Assembly: GCA_964624195.1 (NCBI GenBank)
Contig: CAZUWQ010000001.1
Span: forward strand, 1-40,640
DNA from: an uncultured Oscillospiraceae bacterium
GTDB lineage: Bacteria; Bacillota; Clostridia; Oscillospirales; Oscillospiraceae
DNA length: 40,640 nucleotides
Direction of reading: 5' to 3'
Positions 1-10,045 of this stretch are shown here, piece after piece. The translations under genes and the position numbers were made by a program. Within the stretch, counting starts at the first letter, position 1. Every line of letters begins with the position of its first letter. The notes beneath the pieces are model-generated. The model saw only the letters and a list, made by a program, of their open reading frames with translations, ran no database searches and was not told the DNA's origin.

Positions 1-710
1 ACTTCTACCATATGTTCCAGCACTACGGCTGCAATATGCAGTGCGGCGGCAACGACCAGTGGTCCAATATGCTGGGCGGCACGGAGCTGATCCGCCGCAA
101 GCTGGGCCAGGACTCCCACTGCATGACCATCACCCTGCTCACCGACGCCCAGGGCAACAAGATGGGCAAGACCGCCGGCAACGCCGTGTGGCTGGATCCC
201 AACAAGACCAGCCCCTATGAGTTCTACCAATACTGGCGCAATGTGGGCGACGCGGACGTGTTGAAGTGTATCCGTATGCTCACCTTCCTGCCCCTGGAGC
301 AGATCGACGAGATGGACCACTGGGAGGGGGAGCAGCTCAACCGGGCCAAGGAGATCCTGGCCTATGAGCTCACGGCCCTGGTTCACGGTCAGGAGGAGGC
401 GGATAAGGCCCAGTCCGCCGCCAAAGCTCTGTTCGCCACCGGCGGAGACCTGTCCAACGCGCCCTGCACGGAGCTGGACGCGGGCGATCTGACCGACGGG
501 CAGATCGGGGCGCTGGATCTGTTGGTCAGGTGCGGCCTGGCCGCATCCAAGGGCGAGGCCCGCCGCCTGATCCAGCAGGGCGGCGTCACCGTCAACGACC
601 GAAAGGTGACCGACGTGGAGGCCAGATGGCCCCGGGCGGACCTGGAGGGTGACGGCCTGATGATCAAAAAGGGCAAAAAGGTGTTCCACCGGGCACACAT
701 GGCAGGCTGA
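1..710 (+). CDS. tyrS: Tyrosyl-tRNA synthetase, 3' part (5' end lies upstream of the window; frame starts at base 3)
   Basis: Q-x-GGNDQWSN and KMGKT (KMSKS-type) motifs, SPYEFYQYW, C-terminal S4-like domain (SKGEARRLIQQGGV...KKGKK). Confidence 0.97.
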   Translation, partial: FYHMFQHYGCNMQCGGNDQWSNMLGGTELIRRKLGQDSHCMTITLLTDAQGNKMGKTAGNAVWLDPNKTSPYEFYQYWRNVGDADVLKCIRMLTFLPLEQIDEMDHWEGEQLNRAKEILAYELTALVHGQEEADKAQSAAKALFATGGDLSNAPCTELDAGDLTDGQIGALDLLVRCGLAASKGEARRLIQQGGVTVNDRKVTDVEARWPRADLEGDGLMIKKGKKVFHRAHMAG

Positions 711-762
711 TCCGTCTCTGTTGGCCCCTGTAACGAAATCGTGATAAAGCTGGAAAAAACGC

Positions 763-791
763 TTGCAATTTGCCATAGCTTGTGATAAACT
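763..791 (+). promoter_or_regulatory. sigmaA-type promoter of rplS
   Basis: TTGCAA (763-768), 17 nt, TAAACT (786-791) with extended TG at 783-784. Confidence 0.75.
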
Positions 792-807
792 ATCTCAGTC
801 TGAAAAA

Positions 808-849
808 GGGCGGTCCTCTGCGCGGCATGGCCTGGACGCACGAACGCCT
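808..849 (+). promoter_or_regulatory. L19 leader (ribosomal protein autoregulatory RNA)
   Basis: GGGCGGUCCUCUGCG...CGCACGAACGCCU folds as an interrupted stem directly 5' of rplS and resembles the Firmicute L19 leader pattern; not verified by a covariance model. Confidence 0.7.
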
Positions 850-871
850 GTAATTAGGAGGAAAATAGGCA

Positions 872-1213
872 ATGGAGTTGTTGAAGCAGTTCAGCGAAAA
901 GTACATGAAGGACACCGTTCCCGAGGTAAACGTGGGCGATACCGTTCGTGTGCACATCCGCGTGAAAGAAGGCAGCCGTGAGCGTATCCAGGTGTTTGAA
1001 GGCACCGTGATCGCCAAGAAGCATGGCGGCATCGAGGAGAGCTTCACCGTGCGCCGTATCTCTTACGGCGTCGGCGTGGAGAAGGTATTCCCCCTGCACG
1101 CGCCCACCATCGAGAAGGTGGAGACGGTGCGCAAGGGCAAGGTCCGCCGCGCGAAGCTGTACTATCTGCGTGACCGTGTGGGCAAGGCTGCCAAGGTCAA
1201 GGAAGATCTGTAA
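872..1213 (+). CDS. rplS: 50S ribosomal protein L19
   Basis: [39 protein letters not shown]; RBS AGGAGG. Confidence 0.99.
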   Translation: MELLKQFSEKYMKDTVPEVNVGDTVRVHIRVKEGSRERIQVFEGTVIAKKHGGIEESFTVRRISYGVGVEKVFPLHAPTIEKVETVRKGKVRRAKLYYLRDRVGKAAKVKEDL

Positions 1214-1228
1214 TTCGGCGGCGAACAC

Positions 1229-1260
1229 AAAAAAGGAGCGGATCATCCGCTCCTTTTTTT
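1229..1260 (+). terminator. Intrinsic terminator after rplS
   Basis: AAAAAAGGAGCGGA-TCA-TCCGCTCCTTTTTTT. Confidence 0.9.
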
Positions 1261-1313
1261 GTAATTGCGGCGCCGTGCGTTTTGAACGCGGCATGAAGAT
1301 GGGAGGACGCCAG

Positions 1314-2168
1314 ATGAATATTCAGTGGTATCCCGGCCACATGACCAGGACCCGTCGGCAGATGGAGGAAGACGTAAAATTTGTGGATATGGTGGCCGAG
1401 GTGGTGGACGCCCGCATCCCAGTATCCAGCCGGAACCCGGATATCGACGCCATGGTGGGCGACCGGCCCCGGATGATCATATTCAATCGGGCGGACCAGG
1501 CGGACCCGTCCATGACGGCCCGGTGGTTGGCCTATTTCCGGGGAAAAGGCTACGCGGCGCTGGAGACGGACGCCAAGGAGGGAAAGGGCGTCAGCCAATT
1601 CTCCGCCGCGGTGAAAGAGGCGCTGAAGGAGAAGATCGCCACCTGGCAGGCCAAGGGCCAGGTAGGGCGCCGGGTGCGGGTAATGGTGGTGGGCGTGCCC
1701 AATGTGGGGAAGTCCACCTTCATCAATAAGGTGGCCAGGCGGAAATCGGCCAGGGCGGGGGACCGCCCCGGCGTGACACGGGGCAAGCAGTGGGTCAGCG
1801 TGGACAGCGGCCTGGAGCTGCTGGATACCCCCGGCATCCTCTGGCCCAAGTTTGAGGACGAGACCACCGGGCTGCACCTGGCGTTTACCGGAGCGGTGAA
1901 GGACGAGGTCATGGACAGCGAGGCGCTGGCCTGCGGCCTGTTGGAGCTGCTGAGAGACCGCTATCCGGCAGCGCTGGCGGAGCGGTACAGGATGGAGGTG
2001 ACGCCGGAGCTGTCCGGCTGGGAGCTTTTAGAGCGAGCGGCCCGGAAGCGGGGTATGCTGGTATCCGGCGGCGAGGTGGATACAGAGCGGATGTCCAGGG
2101 TGCTGTTGGATGAATTTCGGGGTGGAAAGCTCGGACGCTTTACACTGGAACAGCCCGAGTCGGTTTAA
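1314..2168 (+). CDS. rbgA: Ribosome biogenesis GTPase RbgA (YlqF)
   Basis: Starts MNIQWYPGHM after GGAGG; DARIP, GVPNVGKS, GVTR and DTPG in circularly permuted order. Confidence 0.97.
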   Translation: MNIQWYPGHMTRTRRQMEEDVKFVDMVAEVVDARIPVSSRNPDIDAMVGDRPRMIIFNRADQADPSMTARWLAYFRGKGYAALETDAKEGKGVSQFSAAVKEALKEKIATWQAKGQVGRRVRVMVVGVPNVGKSTFINKVARRKSARAGDRPGVTRGKQWVSVDSGLELLDTPGILWPKFEDETTGLHLAFTGAVKDEVMDSEALACGLLELLRDRYPAALAERYRMEVTPELSGWELLERAARKRGMLVSGGEVDTERMSRVLLDEFRGGKLGRFTLEQPESV

Positions 2169-2178
2169 GAGGTTTGCC

Positions 2179-2778
2179 ATGTGGACATATGAGGAGAAGG
2201 CCCGGCAGCAGGGCCATTTGAAGGTGTGCGGCTGTGACGAGGCGGGGGCCGGCCCCCTGGCCGGACGGGTATACGCCGCTGCGGTGATCCTGCCCTTCGG
2301 ACTGGAGCTGCCCTATCTCAACGACTCCAAGCAGGTGACGGAAAAGCGGCGCGAGGCGCTGTTTCCACAGATACAGAAGGCCGCCGTCAGCTGGGCCGTG
2401 GCCTGGGCAGAGCCGGAGGAGATCGACGAGCTGGACATTCTGAACTGCCGGATGCTGGCAATGCAGCGGGCCATCGACCGGCTGGCGCCCGCGGCGGACT
2501 ACGCGCTGATCGACGGGAACCGGGACCACGGCAGCCGCTGCGGGATCACCACGCCCCATGAGCTGATCGTCAAGGGCGACAGTCTTTCCGCCAGCATTGC
2601 CGCGGCTTCCATCCTGGCAAAGGTCAGCCGGGACCACTATATGGTGGAGATGGCGAAGCGGTACCCCCAATATGAGTTTGAGCGCCACAAGGGCTATCCC
2701 ACCAGGCGGCATAGGGAACTGCTGCGGCAGTATGGGCCCTGTCCTATTCACCGCAGGACCTTTCTGAAAAAGCTATGA
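2179..2778 (+). CDS. rnhB: Ribonuclease HII
   Basis: DEAG-x-GPLAG, LNDSK, IDGN, KGD, SIAAASILAKVSRD, HKGY; start placed at the ATG after AGAGGT. Confidence 0.95.
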   Translation: MWTYEEKARQQGHLKVCGCDEAGAGPLAGRVYAAAVILPFGLELPYLNDSKQVTEKRREALFPQIQKAAVSWAVAWAEPEEIDELDILNCRMLAMQRAIDRLAPAADYALIDGNRDHGSRCGITTPHELIVKGDSLSASIAAASILAKVSRDHYMVEMAKRYPQYEFERHKGYPTRRHRELLRQYGPCPIHRRTFLKKL

Positions 2779-3146
2779 GGGGCGGACAGGAGGCCCGTCT
2801 GCTGGGCAAATGGGGGGAGCGGCTGGCGGCGGAGGAGCTGCGCCGCCGGGGCTGGACCGTGCTGGAGCTGAACTACCGGTGCCGGTTGGGCGAGGTGGAC
2901 ATCGTTGCATCCGACCGCTCCTATCTGGCCTTTGTGGAGGTGAAGCTCCGCCGGGATGACCGGTATGGGGCGGGGAGCGAGGCCGTGACCCGGAGCAAGC
3001 GGAAAAGGGTGAAGGCCGCCGCGCAGATGTATCTGCTCATCCACCCCACGGAGCTGCAGCCCCGATTTGATGTGGTGGAGATCTATGCCCCCCAGGGCAT
3101 GAACACAGCAGCTCCCCGCATATCCTATCTGGAAAACGCTTTTTAG
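2775..3146 (+). CDS. yraN: YraN/UPF0102 family putative endonuclease
   Basis: GxWGE, NYRC..GEVDIV, FVEVK, RFDVV, ENAF end; usual neighbour of rnhB; ATGA overlap. Confidence 0.93.
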   Translation: MRGGQEARLLGKWGERLAAEELRRRGWTVLELNYRCRLGEVDIVASDRSYLAFVEVKLRRDDRYGAGSEAVTRSKRKRVKAAAQMYLLIHPTELQPRFDVVEIYAPQGMNTAAPRISYLENAF

Positions 3147-3157
3147 GGGGGAGCCAT

Positions 3158-4102
3158 ATGAAAAAACTCTGTGTGTTTGACGCCCACTGCGACACCATTT
3201 CCCGCTGCTGGCGGGAGTATGAGGGGCTGTATTCCAATACCGGCGCCATAGCCCTGGAGCGGACGGCGGCCTTTGAGCGCTATTGCCAGTTTTTTGCTCT
3301 GTGGACCGCGGATGGCTACACCGGACGTCCTTCGGGCGGGGATTCGGTGGAGCGGGCCTATTGGGCGCTGCTGCGCTGCTTTAAGGATCAGATGGCGAGG
3401 AACCGGGACAGGATCGTCCAGTGCCGCACCGGCGCCCAGGCGGAGGAGGCCAACCGGCAGGGGAGAGCGGCGGCGTTTCTGTCGGTGGAGGGCGGTGAGC
3501 TGCTGGGCTGTGACCCGGATCGGCTGGTCCAGGCGGCGGCGGATGGGGTGGCGGCCATCAACCTGACCTGGAACCACGCCAACGCTCTGTCCGGCTCGTC
3601 GCGGGAGGAGCCGGAGCGGGGGCTGACCCCGCTTGGGAAGCGGTTTATGGCCCGGATGGAGGACCTGCATATCCTGGTGGACGTGTCCCATCTGTCTGAC
3701 GCGGGCTTCTGGGATGTGATGGAGCAGGCCCGCCGGCCCATTCTGGCCAGCCATTCCAACGCCAGGGCGGTGTGGGATCACACAAGGAACTTGACGGATG
3801 GACAAATAACTGCCATAATACAAAATCAAGGCGCGATCGGCCTGAACTTTTACCGGGATTTCATAGGACTGGGCCGGGACCTGGACGGAGTGCGCGCTCA
3901 TCTGGACCATATGTTGGACCTGGGCGGAGAAAAATGCGTGGCGCTGGGCGGCGACTGGGACGGCTGCGATCTGATCGACGACCTGCCCGATATCACGCGG
4001 CTGGCAGATCTCTACGAGCACCTGCTTCGGCATAACTACAGTGAAGCGGTCCTGGGGGACCTGTTTTATAATAACCTGATGAGAGTAGTGAGCGAACCAT
4101 GA
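3158..4102 (+). CDS. Membrane (renal-type) dipeptidase, peptidase family M19
   Basis: DAHCD, VEGG, LTWN, DVSH, ASHSN, RNLTD, GGDWDG motifs. Confidence 0.9.
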   Translation: MKKLCVFDAHCDTISRCWREYEGLYSNTGAIALERTAAFERYCQFFALWTADGYTGRPSGGDSVERAYWALLRCFKDQMARNRDRIVQCRTGAQAEEANRQGRAAAFLSVEGGELLGCDPDRLVQAAADGVAAINLTWNHANALSGSSREEPERGLTPLGKRFMARMEDLHILVDVSHLSDAGFWDVMEQARRPILASHSNARAVWDHTRNLTDGQITAIIQNQGAIGLNFYRDFIGLGRDLDGVRAHLDHMLDLGGEKCVALGGDWDGCDLIDDLPDITRLADLYEHLLRHNYSEAVLGDLFYNNLMRVVSEP

Positions 4103-5586
4103 ATTATGTCAGCACAAGAGATAAGAAGCTGCGTATGTCCGCCGCCCAGGTCATCGCCCAGGGGCTGTCGCCCGACGGCGGGCTGATGACCCCGGAGGTG
4201 CTGCCCCGGCTGCCGCGCGGCGCGTTGGAGAGTATGAAGGATATGTCCTACCAACAGCGGGTGGTGTATATCCTTGGCCGCTATCTGGACGGCTTCTCCG
4301 CCGGGGAGCTGTCATCCTTTGCCTCGGCGGCCTATGGCGGGGGCAAGTTCGATGATCCCGCCGTGGCCCCTCTGCGTGGGCTGGACGAAAGGACCCATTG
4401 CCTGGAGCTGTGGCACGGGCCCACCTGCGCTTTCAAGGACATTGCGCTGCAAATGCTGCCCCATCTGCTGTCCGCCTCGCTGGTGAAGAACAATGAGGAC
4501 AAGACGGCGTGTATCCTGGTCGCCACCTCCGGCGACACGGGCAAGGCCGCGTTGGAGGGCTTCCGGGATGTGGATAAGACGAAGATCCTGGTGTTCTACC
4601 CCAAGGACGGGGTATCGGCCATCCAGGAGCTGCAGATGGTGACCCAGGCGGGGGACAACGTGGGCGTGTGCGCGGTGGCAGGCAACTTTGACGACGCGCA
4701 GACCGGTGTGAAGCGGATATTCTCCGACAGGGCGCTGGCGGAGCAGCTGGCCCGGAGAGGCTGTTTTCTCTCGTCAGCCAACTCTATCAACTGGGGCCGG
4801 GTGCTGCCTCAGATCGTCTATTATGTGTCCGCCTACTGCGACCTTTTGAAGGCGGGGTCCATCCAGGCCGGCCAGCAGATCAATGTCTGCGTGCCCACCG
4901 GGAATTTCGGGAACATACTGGCGGCCTATTACGCCAAGATGATGGGTGTGCCCATCAAGACGTTCCTCTGCGCCTCCAACCATAACAATGTGCTCACAGA
5001 CTTTATCCAGACCGGCGTGTACGATAAAAACCGTACCTTCTACAACACCCTGTCGCCATCCATGGATATCCTGATCTCCAGCAATCTGGAGCGGATGCTG
5101 TTTGAGCTGTCCGGCCGGAACGACGCTCTGGTGCGGGGCTATATGACCCGGCTTTCTGAGTGCGGCCGCTATGAGGTGGATCCGGATGTCCTGGACCGGT
5201 TCCAAAAGGAATTTGCCGCCGGCTATTGTGACGATGACCGGACCATGGCGTCCATCGCCAAAATGTGGAGGGAGCATCGATACCTGATCGACCCCCACAC
5301 CGCCGTGGCCTTTGACGTGCTGGAGCGATACCGGGCTCAGTCGGGAGACGATACGGTCTGCGTGGTGGTATCCACCGCCAGTCCCTTCAAGTTCTGCGGC
5401 AGCGTGCTCAGCGCTCTGGGTGTAGAGCGGCACAAGGAGGGAACCGACATTCTGGACCAGCTGGCCCGGTACACCGGGGCGCCCGTCCCGGCGCCGCTGG
5501 CCGCCCTGAAGGATCAGCCCCGCCGCTTCCACGGCGTGACCGAAAAGGAGCGGATGGCGGATCAGGTGCTGGATCTGCTGAAATGA
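4099..5586 (+). CDS. thrC: Threonine synthase
   Basis: YVSTR, LELWHGPTCAFKD (PLP Lys), ATSGDTG, NSINWGR, VPTGNFGN, SPSMDI. Confidence 0.97.
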   Translation: MNYVSTRDKKLRMSAAQVIAQGLSPDGGLMTPEVLPRLPRGALESMKDMSYQQRVVYILGRYLDGFSAGELSSFASAAYGGGKFDDPAVAPLRGLDERTHCLELWHGPTCAFKDIALQMLPHLLSASLVKNNEDKTACILVATSGDTGKAALEGFRDVDKTKILVFYPKDGVSAIQELQMVTQAGDNVGVCAVAGNFDDAQTGVKRIFSDRALAEQLARRGCFLSSANSINWGRVLPQIVYYVSAYCDLLKAGSIQAGQQINVCVPTGNFGNILAAYYAKMMGVPIKTFLCASNHNNVLTDFIQTGVYDKNRTFYNTLSPSMDILISSNLERMLFELSGRNDALVRGYMTRLSECGRYEVDPDVLDRFQKEFAAGYCDDDRTMASIAKMWREHRYLIDPHTAVAFDVLERYRAQSGDDTVCVVVSTASPFKFCGSVLSALGVERHKEGTDILDQLARYTGAPVPAPLAALKDQPRRFHGVTEKERMADQVLDLLK

Positions 5587-5625
5587 CCGAAAAGACCGTG
5601 GCGTTGTGGGAAAGGAGGCGGTCAG

Positions 5626-6318
5626 GTGGCTGTTTACGCCATCGGGGATACCCATCTCTCTCTGGGCACCGATAAGCCGATGGAGGTGTTCGGCGGCGGC
5701 TGGGAGGGCTATGTGGACAAGCTGCGGAAGGGCTTCGCCCAGGTGGATGACGGGGACACGGTGGTCCTGTGCGGCGACCTGTCCTGGGGTATGAGCCTGG
5801 AAGAGGCCCGGCCTGACTTCGTGTTTCTGGATCACGAACTGCCGGGGGAGAAGTGGCTGCTGAAGGGCAACCATGACTACTGGTGGAACACCGCGGCCAA
5901 GATGAACGCCTTCTTTCAGCGGGCCGGACTGACCCATCTGCACATCCTGCACAACAACTGCGCGTTTTATGGAGACCGTATAGCTCTGTGCGGCACCCGG
6001 GGATGGTTTTATGAGGAAAACGGCGGCCCGCAAACGGAGAAGATATTCAAGCGTGAGCTGATCCGCCTGGAGGCGTCTTTAAAAGCGGCGGGGGACCGGG
6101 AGCGGTACTGTTTTCTGCACTACCCGCCGCTTTACCGGGGCTATCGCTGTCAGGAGGTCATCGACCTGCTGGAGCGGTATCAGGTCAAAGCCTGTTATTA
6201 CGGTCATCTCCACGGTCCCAGCCACCGTCTGGCGGTGGAGGGGACCCAGGGATCGGTGGACTATCACCTGGTTTCGGCAGACTATGTCGGATTCCGTCCG
6301 AAAAAAATTTTGGATTGA
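5626..6318 (+). CDS. Calcineurin-like metallophosphoesterase
   Basis: DTH, GDLSW, KGNHDYWW, HYPP, YGHLH; GTG start after AAGGAGG. Confidence 0.9.
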   Translation: MAVYAIGDTHLSLGTDKPMEVFGGGWEGYVDKLRKGFAQVDDGDTVVLCGDLSWGMSLEEARPDFVFLDHELPGEKWLLKGNHDYWWNTAAKMNAFFQRAGLTHLHILHNNCAFYGDRIALCGTRGWFYEENGGPQTEKIFKRELIRLEASLKAAGDRERYCFLHYPPLYRGYRCQEVIDLLERYQVKACYYGHLHGPSHRLAVEGTQGSVDYHLVSADYVGFRPKKILD

Positions 6319-6330
6319 GCAAAAAAACAG

Positions 6331-6359
6331 TGGAAATATGCCGGCCCATCTGGTAAAAT
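6331..6359 (+). promoter_or_regulatory. Probable sigmaA promoter of tig
   Basis: TGGAAA, 17 nt, TAAAAT with extended TG (6351-6352); A-tract upstream. Confidence 0.55.
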
Positions 6360-6430
6360 AGATTGGATTGTACAGAAAGAAAGGCCTCAGCGATCCAAAA
6401 GTCAGGCCGAAGTTGGAGGAATCGTATACC

Positions 6431-7897
6431 ATGAAGATGAAAAGCATTGAGAAAAAAGAACACAGCGCCTTTGAGCTGGTGGTCGAGGTCGGAGCCGAGG
6501 AATTCGATCAGGCCATTAATAAGGTCTACCAGCGCCAGAAGCACCGTATCATGATACCCGGCTTCCGGAAGGGCAAGGCGCCCCGGAAGATGATCGAAAA
6601 AATGTACGGCGCCGAGGTGTTCTATGAGGACGCCGTGGAGGATACCTATCCCAGAGCCTACGAGGACGCGCTGAAGGAGTCGGGCCTTGAGCCGGTGGCC
6701 TATCCCAAACTGGAGGTCCTCTCCATGGGCAAGGAGGGCTTTACCTTCAAGGCCCTGGTCACCGTGCGGCCCGAGGCCTCCGTCAAGGATTACAAGGGCC
6801 TGGATGTGGTCAGGCCCGAGGTGAAGGTGTCCGCCGCCGACGTCAAGGCGGAGTTGAAGCCGTACATCGACCGCGCCTCCCGGCTGGTGACCGTGGAGCG
6901 CAAGGCGAAAAAGGGCGACGTGGCTGTCATTGATTTCGAGGGCTTCAGGGAGGGCGTGCCCTTTGAGGGCGGCAAAGGCGAGAACTACAGCCTGGAGCTG
7001 GGCTCCCACAGCTTTGTGCCCGGCTTTGAGGAACAGGTCATCGGCATGAAGGCCGGCGACGAGAAGGATCTGGACATCACCTTCCCTGAGGACTATACCC
7101 CGGAGCTCGCCGGCGCGGCCGTGGTATTTAAGGTAAAGGTCCATGAGGTGAAGGAACGTCAGGAGCCGGAGATCGATGATGAATTCGCCAAGGACGTCTC
7201 CGAGTTCAATACTCTGGAAGAGTTTAAGAAGGACCTGGGTGAGAAACTGAAGGAGCGTCGGCAGACGCGGGCGGACCGGGAGTTTGAGGACGCCGTGATC
7301 GACGCGCTGATCGGGAAGCTGGAGTGCGAGGTTCCTGAGGCCATGGTGGATTACCGGGCGGAGAAGATCATGGACGATTACGCCGCCCGCCTTCAGGACC
7401 AGGGCATTCCCTTCGATCAGTATGTAAAGATGATGGGTCTGACTATAGACGATATGAAGGCCCAGGCCAAGACCACCGCCGATCGCGCGGTGCGTAGCGA
7501 GCTGGCGCTGGAGGCTGTGGCTGAGGCGGAGAAGCTGGAGGTCACCGAGGAGGAGATGGACGCCGAGGTGGCGCGCCTTGCCAAGGAGCACGATATGTCC
7601 GAGGAGCGCCTGCGCGACATAATGGATGAGAAAGGCGTAAAGAAGGATCTGCTGGCACGGAAGGCGCTGGATCTGGTGAAATCACTGGTGAAGAAGCCGG
7701 CGGCCAAAAAGTCCGCGCCCAAAAAGGCGGAGCCGTCCGCTGAGACGGAGGATCAGAAAAAGACGCCTGCCAAAAAGCCCGCGGCGAAGAAGCCCGCCGC
7801 CAAGAAGCCGGAGGCGCCCGCTGCAGAGGCCGAGTCCAAGAAGAAGCCCGCCGCCAGGAAGACGGCCGCGAAGAAGGCTGAAAAAACGGAGGAATAA
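6431..7897 (+). CDS. tig: Trigger factor with Lys/Ala/Pro-rich C-terminal tail
   Basis: IPGFRKGKAP ribosome-binding motif, FKBP domain (FEGGK, FVPGFEEQ, FPEDY); RBS GGAGG; upstream of clpP. Confidence 0.97.
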   Translation: MKMKSIEKKEHSAFELVVEVGAEEFDQAINKVYQRQKHRIMIPGFRKGKAPRKMIEKMYGAEVFYEDAVEDTYPRAYEDALKESGLEPVAYPKLEVLSMGKEGFTFKALVTVRPEASVKDYKGLDVVRPEVKVSAADVKAELKPYIDRASRLVTVERKAKKGDVAVIDFEGFREGVPFEGGKGENYSLELGSHSFVPGFEEQVIGMKAGDEKDLDITFPEDYTPELAGAAVVFKVKVHEVKERQEPEIDDEFAKDVSEFNTLEEFKKDLGEKLKERRQTRADREFEDAVIDALIGKLECEVPEAMVDYRAEKIMDDYAARLQDQGIPFDQYVKMMGLTIDDMKAQAKTTADRAVRSELALEAVAEAEKLEVTEEEMDAEVARLAKEHDMSEERLRDIMDEKGVKKDLLARKALDLVKSLVKKPAAKKSAPKKAEPSAETEDQKKTPAKKPAAKKPAAKKPEAPAAEAESKKKPAARKTAAKKAEKTEE

Positions 7898-7966
7898 GCT
7901 CAAGGAATAAGTTCACGGGTCCATTGGGTATACTTGCGGTATCCGTGCCGGAAAGGAGCGTTTTTT

Positions 7967-8557
7967 ATGAGTTTAGTTCCCTATGTATTGGAACAGACCA
8001 GCCGGGGAGAACGGCAGTATGACATTTTTTCCCGTCTGCTCAATGACCGGATCGTTTTTTTGGGAGAGGACGTCAACGCCACCACCGCCTCTCTGGTGGT
8101 CGCGCAGCTGCTCTATCTGGAGTCCCAGGACCCGGATAAGGACGTCCAGTTCTACATCAACAGTCCCGGCGGGTCCATTACGGACGGCATGGCGATCCAC
8201 GATACCATGCAGTATATCAAGTGCGACGTGTCCACCATCTGCATCGGAATGGCGGCGTCCATGAGCGCGTTTCTGCTGGCGGCGGGGACCAAGGGCAAGC
8301 GCATCGCGCTGCCCAACTCCGAGATCCTGATCCATCAGCCTCTGATCGCCGGCAACGGCATTTCAGGCCAGACCACGGACATCAAGATCCACGCCGACCA
8401 TCTGGTGCGCACCAGGGAGAAGATGAACCAGCTGCTCAGCCAGTATACCGGGCAGCCGCTGGAGACCATCCAGAGGGACACCGAGCGGGACAACTATATG
8501 ACGGTGGAAGAGGCCAAAAGCTACGGTATCATCGATAAAATCATCTATAATCGTTGA
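7967..8557 (+). CDS. clpP: ATP-dependent Clp protease proteolytic subunit
   Basis: [21 protein letters not shown] (catalytic Ser), IHQP, ERDNYM. Confidence 0.98.
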   Translation: MSLVPYVLEQTSRGERQYDIFSRLLNDRIVFLGEDVNATTASLVVAQLLYLESQDPDKDVQFYINSPGGSITDGMAIHDTMQYIKCDVSTICIGMAASMSAFLLAAGTKGKRIALPNSEILIHQPLIAGNGISGQTTDIKIHADHLVRTREKMNQLLSQYTGQPLETIQRDTERDNYMTVEEAKSYGIIDKIIYNR

Positions 8558-8573
8558 TTTGCGCTTCATTATC

Positions 8574-8616
8574 AGCGTCAAAGAGCGGAGGGCGTCGTCT
8601 TCCGCTCTTTGGCGCT
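8574..8616 (+). other. 20-bp intergenic stem-loop between clpP and clpX
   Basis: AGCGTCAAAGAGCGGAGGGC-GTC-GTCTTCCGCTCTTTGGCGCT, 3 G-U pairs, no long U tract. Confidence 0.75.
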
Positions 8617-8637
8617 TTCGTGAAAGGGAGTTTACCA

Positions 8638-9957
8638 ATGGCACGAGATGAATATAAGTCCGTCCGCTGTTCTTTCTGCGGCAAGCATCAGGAGCAGGTG
8701 GACCGGATCATCGCCGGTCCGGGCGCCTATATCTGCAACGAGTGTATCATGCTGTGCATGAATATCCTGAACGAGGACGGGGACCTTGACGCATCCTCCT
8801 CAGTGCCGGAAGTGCCCGACATCATCCCGACCCCAAAGGAGATCTGCGGCGTCCTGGACGAGTATATCATCGGGCAGGAGGAGGCCAAGATCACCCTTTC
8901 TGTGGCGGTGTATAACCACTATAAGCGCATCTATTTCGGCGGCGGCGACAATGTGGAGCTGCAGAAGAGCAATATTCTGATGGTGGGTCCCACAGGCTGT
9001 GGTAAGACCCTGTTTGCCCAGACCCTGGCCCGAATTTTGAAGGTGCCCTTCGCCATCGCCGACGCTACCACCCTCACTGAGGCGGGCTATGTGGGCGACG
9101 ATGTGGAAAACATCCTGCTCCGGCTGGTGCAGGCGGCGGATTACGACATCGAGTTGGCCCAGCGGGGCATCATCTATGTGGACGAGATCGACAAGATCGC
9201 CCGAAAGAGCGAGAACACCTCCATCACCCGGGATGTGTCCGGCGAGGGGGTACAGCAGGCGCTGCTGAAAATTTTAGAGGGCACAGTGGCGAATGTTCCG
9301 CCCCAGGGTGGACGGAAGCACCCTCATCAGGAGTTCATTCAGATCGACACCAAGAATATTCTGTTCATCTGCGGCGGAGCCTTTGACGGTTTGGAAAAGA
9401 TCATCGAACAGCGTCTGGACAAAAAAACCATTGGCTTCGGCGCCGACATCAAGACGGCGGCGGATCGTCAGACAGAGGATATTTTCAAGGAGGTCCAGCC
9501 CCACGACCTGCTGAAATTCGGCATCATTCCGGAGCTGGTGGGCCGTCTGCCGGTGATCACAACGCTGAAAGCGCTGGACCGCGATCAGTTGGTGCGCATC
9601 CTGACAGAGCCGAAAAACGCGCTGGTCAAGCAGTATAAAAAATTGATGGAATACGACAACGTGGAGCTGGATTTCACCAGGGAAGCGCTGGAGGCGGCGG
9701 CGGACAAGGCGGTAGAGCGCAAGATCGGCGCCCGCGGCTTGCGGGCGGTGCTGGAGGAGGTCATGACCCCGGTAATGTACGAGGTCCCCTCCGACGAGAG
9801 CATTGCCAAGGTCACCGTAACGCCCGAGGCTATCCGGGGCGAGGACGGGCCCACGCTGGAGCGTGACCCTGACCGACCGGCCCGGCCCAGACTGGGCGCT
9901 GCCGCTCTGCGGGCGGAAAAAGGGGGCCACGCCTCGCCTAAGGGGAACGTGTCCTGA
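8638..9957 (+). CDS. clpX: Clp protease ATP-binding subunit ClpX
   Basis: CSFC...CNEC zinc domain, [24 protein letters not shown] loop, GARGLR. Confidence 0.98.
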   Translation: MARDEYKSVRCSFCGKHQEQVDRIIAGPGAYICNECIMLCMNILNEDGDLDASSSVPEVPDIIPTPKEICGVLDEYIIGQEEAKITLSVAVYNHYKRIYFGGGDNVELQKSNILMVGPTGCGKTLFAQTLARILKVPFAIADATTLTEAGYVGDDVENILLRLVQAADYDIELAQRGIIYVDEIDKIARKSENTSITRDVSGEGVQQALLKILEGTVANVPPQGGRKHPHQEFIQIDTKNILFICGGAFDGLEKIIEQRLDKKTIGFGADIKTAADRQTEDIFKEVQPHDLLKFGIIPELVGRLPVITTLKALDRDQLVRILTEPKNALVKQYKKLMEYDNVELDFTREALEAAADKAVERKIGARGLRAVLEEVMTPVMYEVPSDESIAKVTVTPEAIRGEDGPTLERDPDRPARPRLGAAALRAEKGGHASPKGNVS

Positions 9958-9987
9958 CCCCTTTGAGATAACGAATAAGCATATTGC

Positions 9988-10015
9988 GAGGGGGTGGGTG
10001 CGGACCTGCCCCCTC
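9988..10015 (+). other. 12-bp intergenic stem-loop between clpX and lon
   Basis: GAGGGGGTGGGT-GCGG-ACCTGCCCCCTC, no U tract. Confidence 0.6.
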
Positions 10016-10045
10016 ATCTAAACCGATCGACCGTGAGGAGTGATC

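Noticed and set aside
1023-1313. N-terminal extensions in the ORF track for rbgA (likewise tig, clpX, priA, rsmB, spoIVA, leuC)
   Set aside because: They overlap upstream genes, terminators or promoters; downstream starts have a good SD and match the family N-termini.
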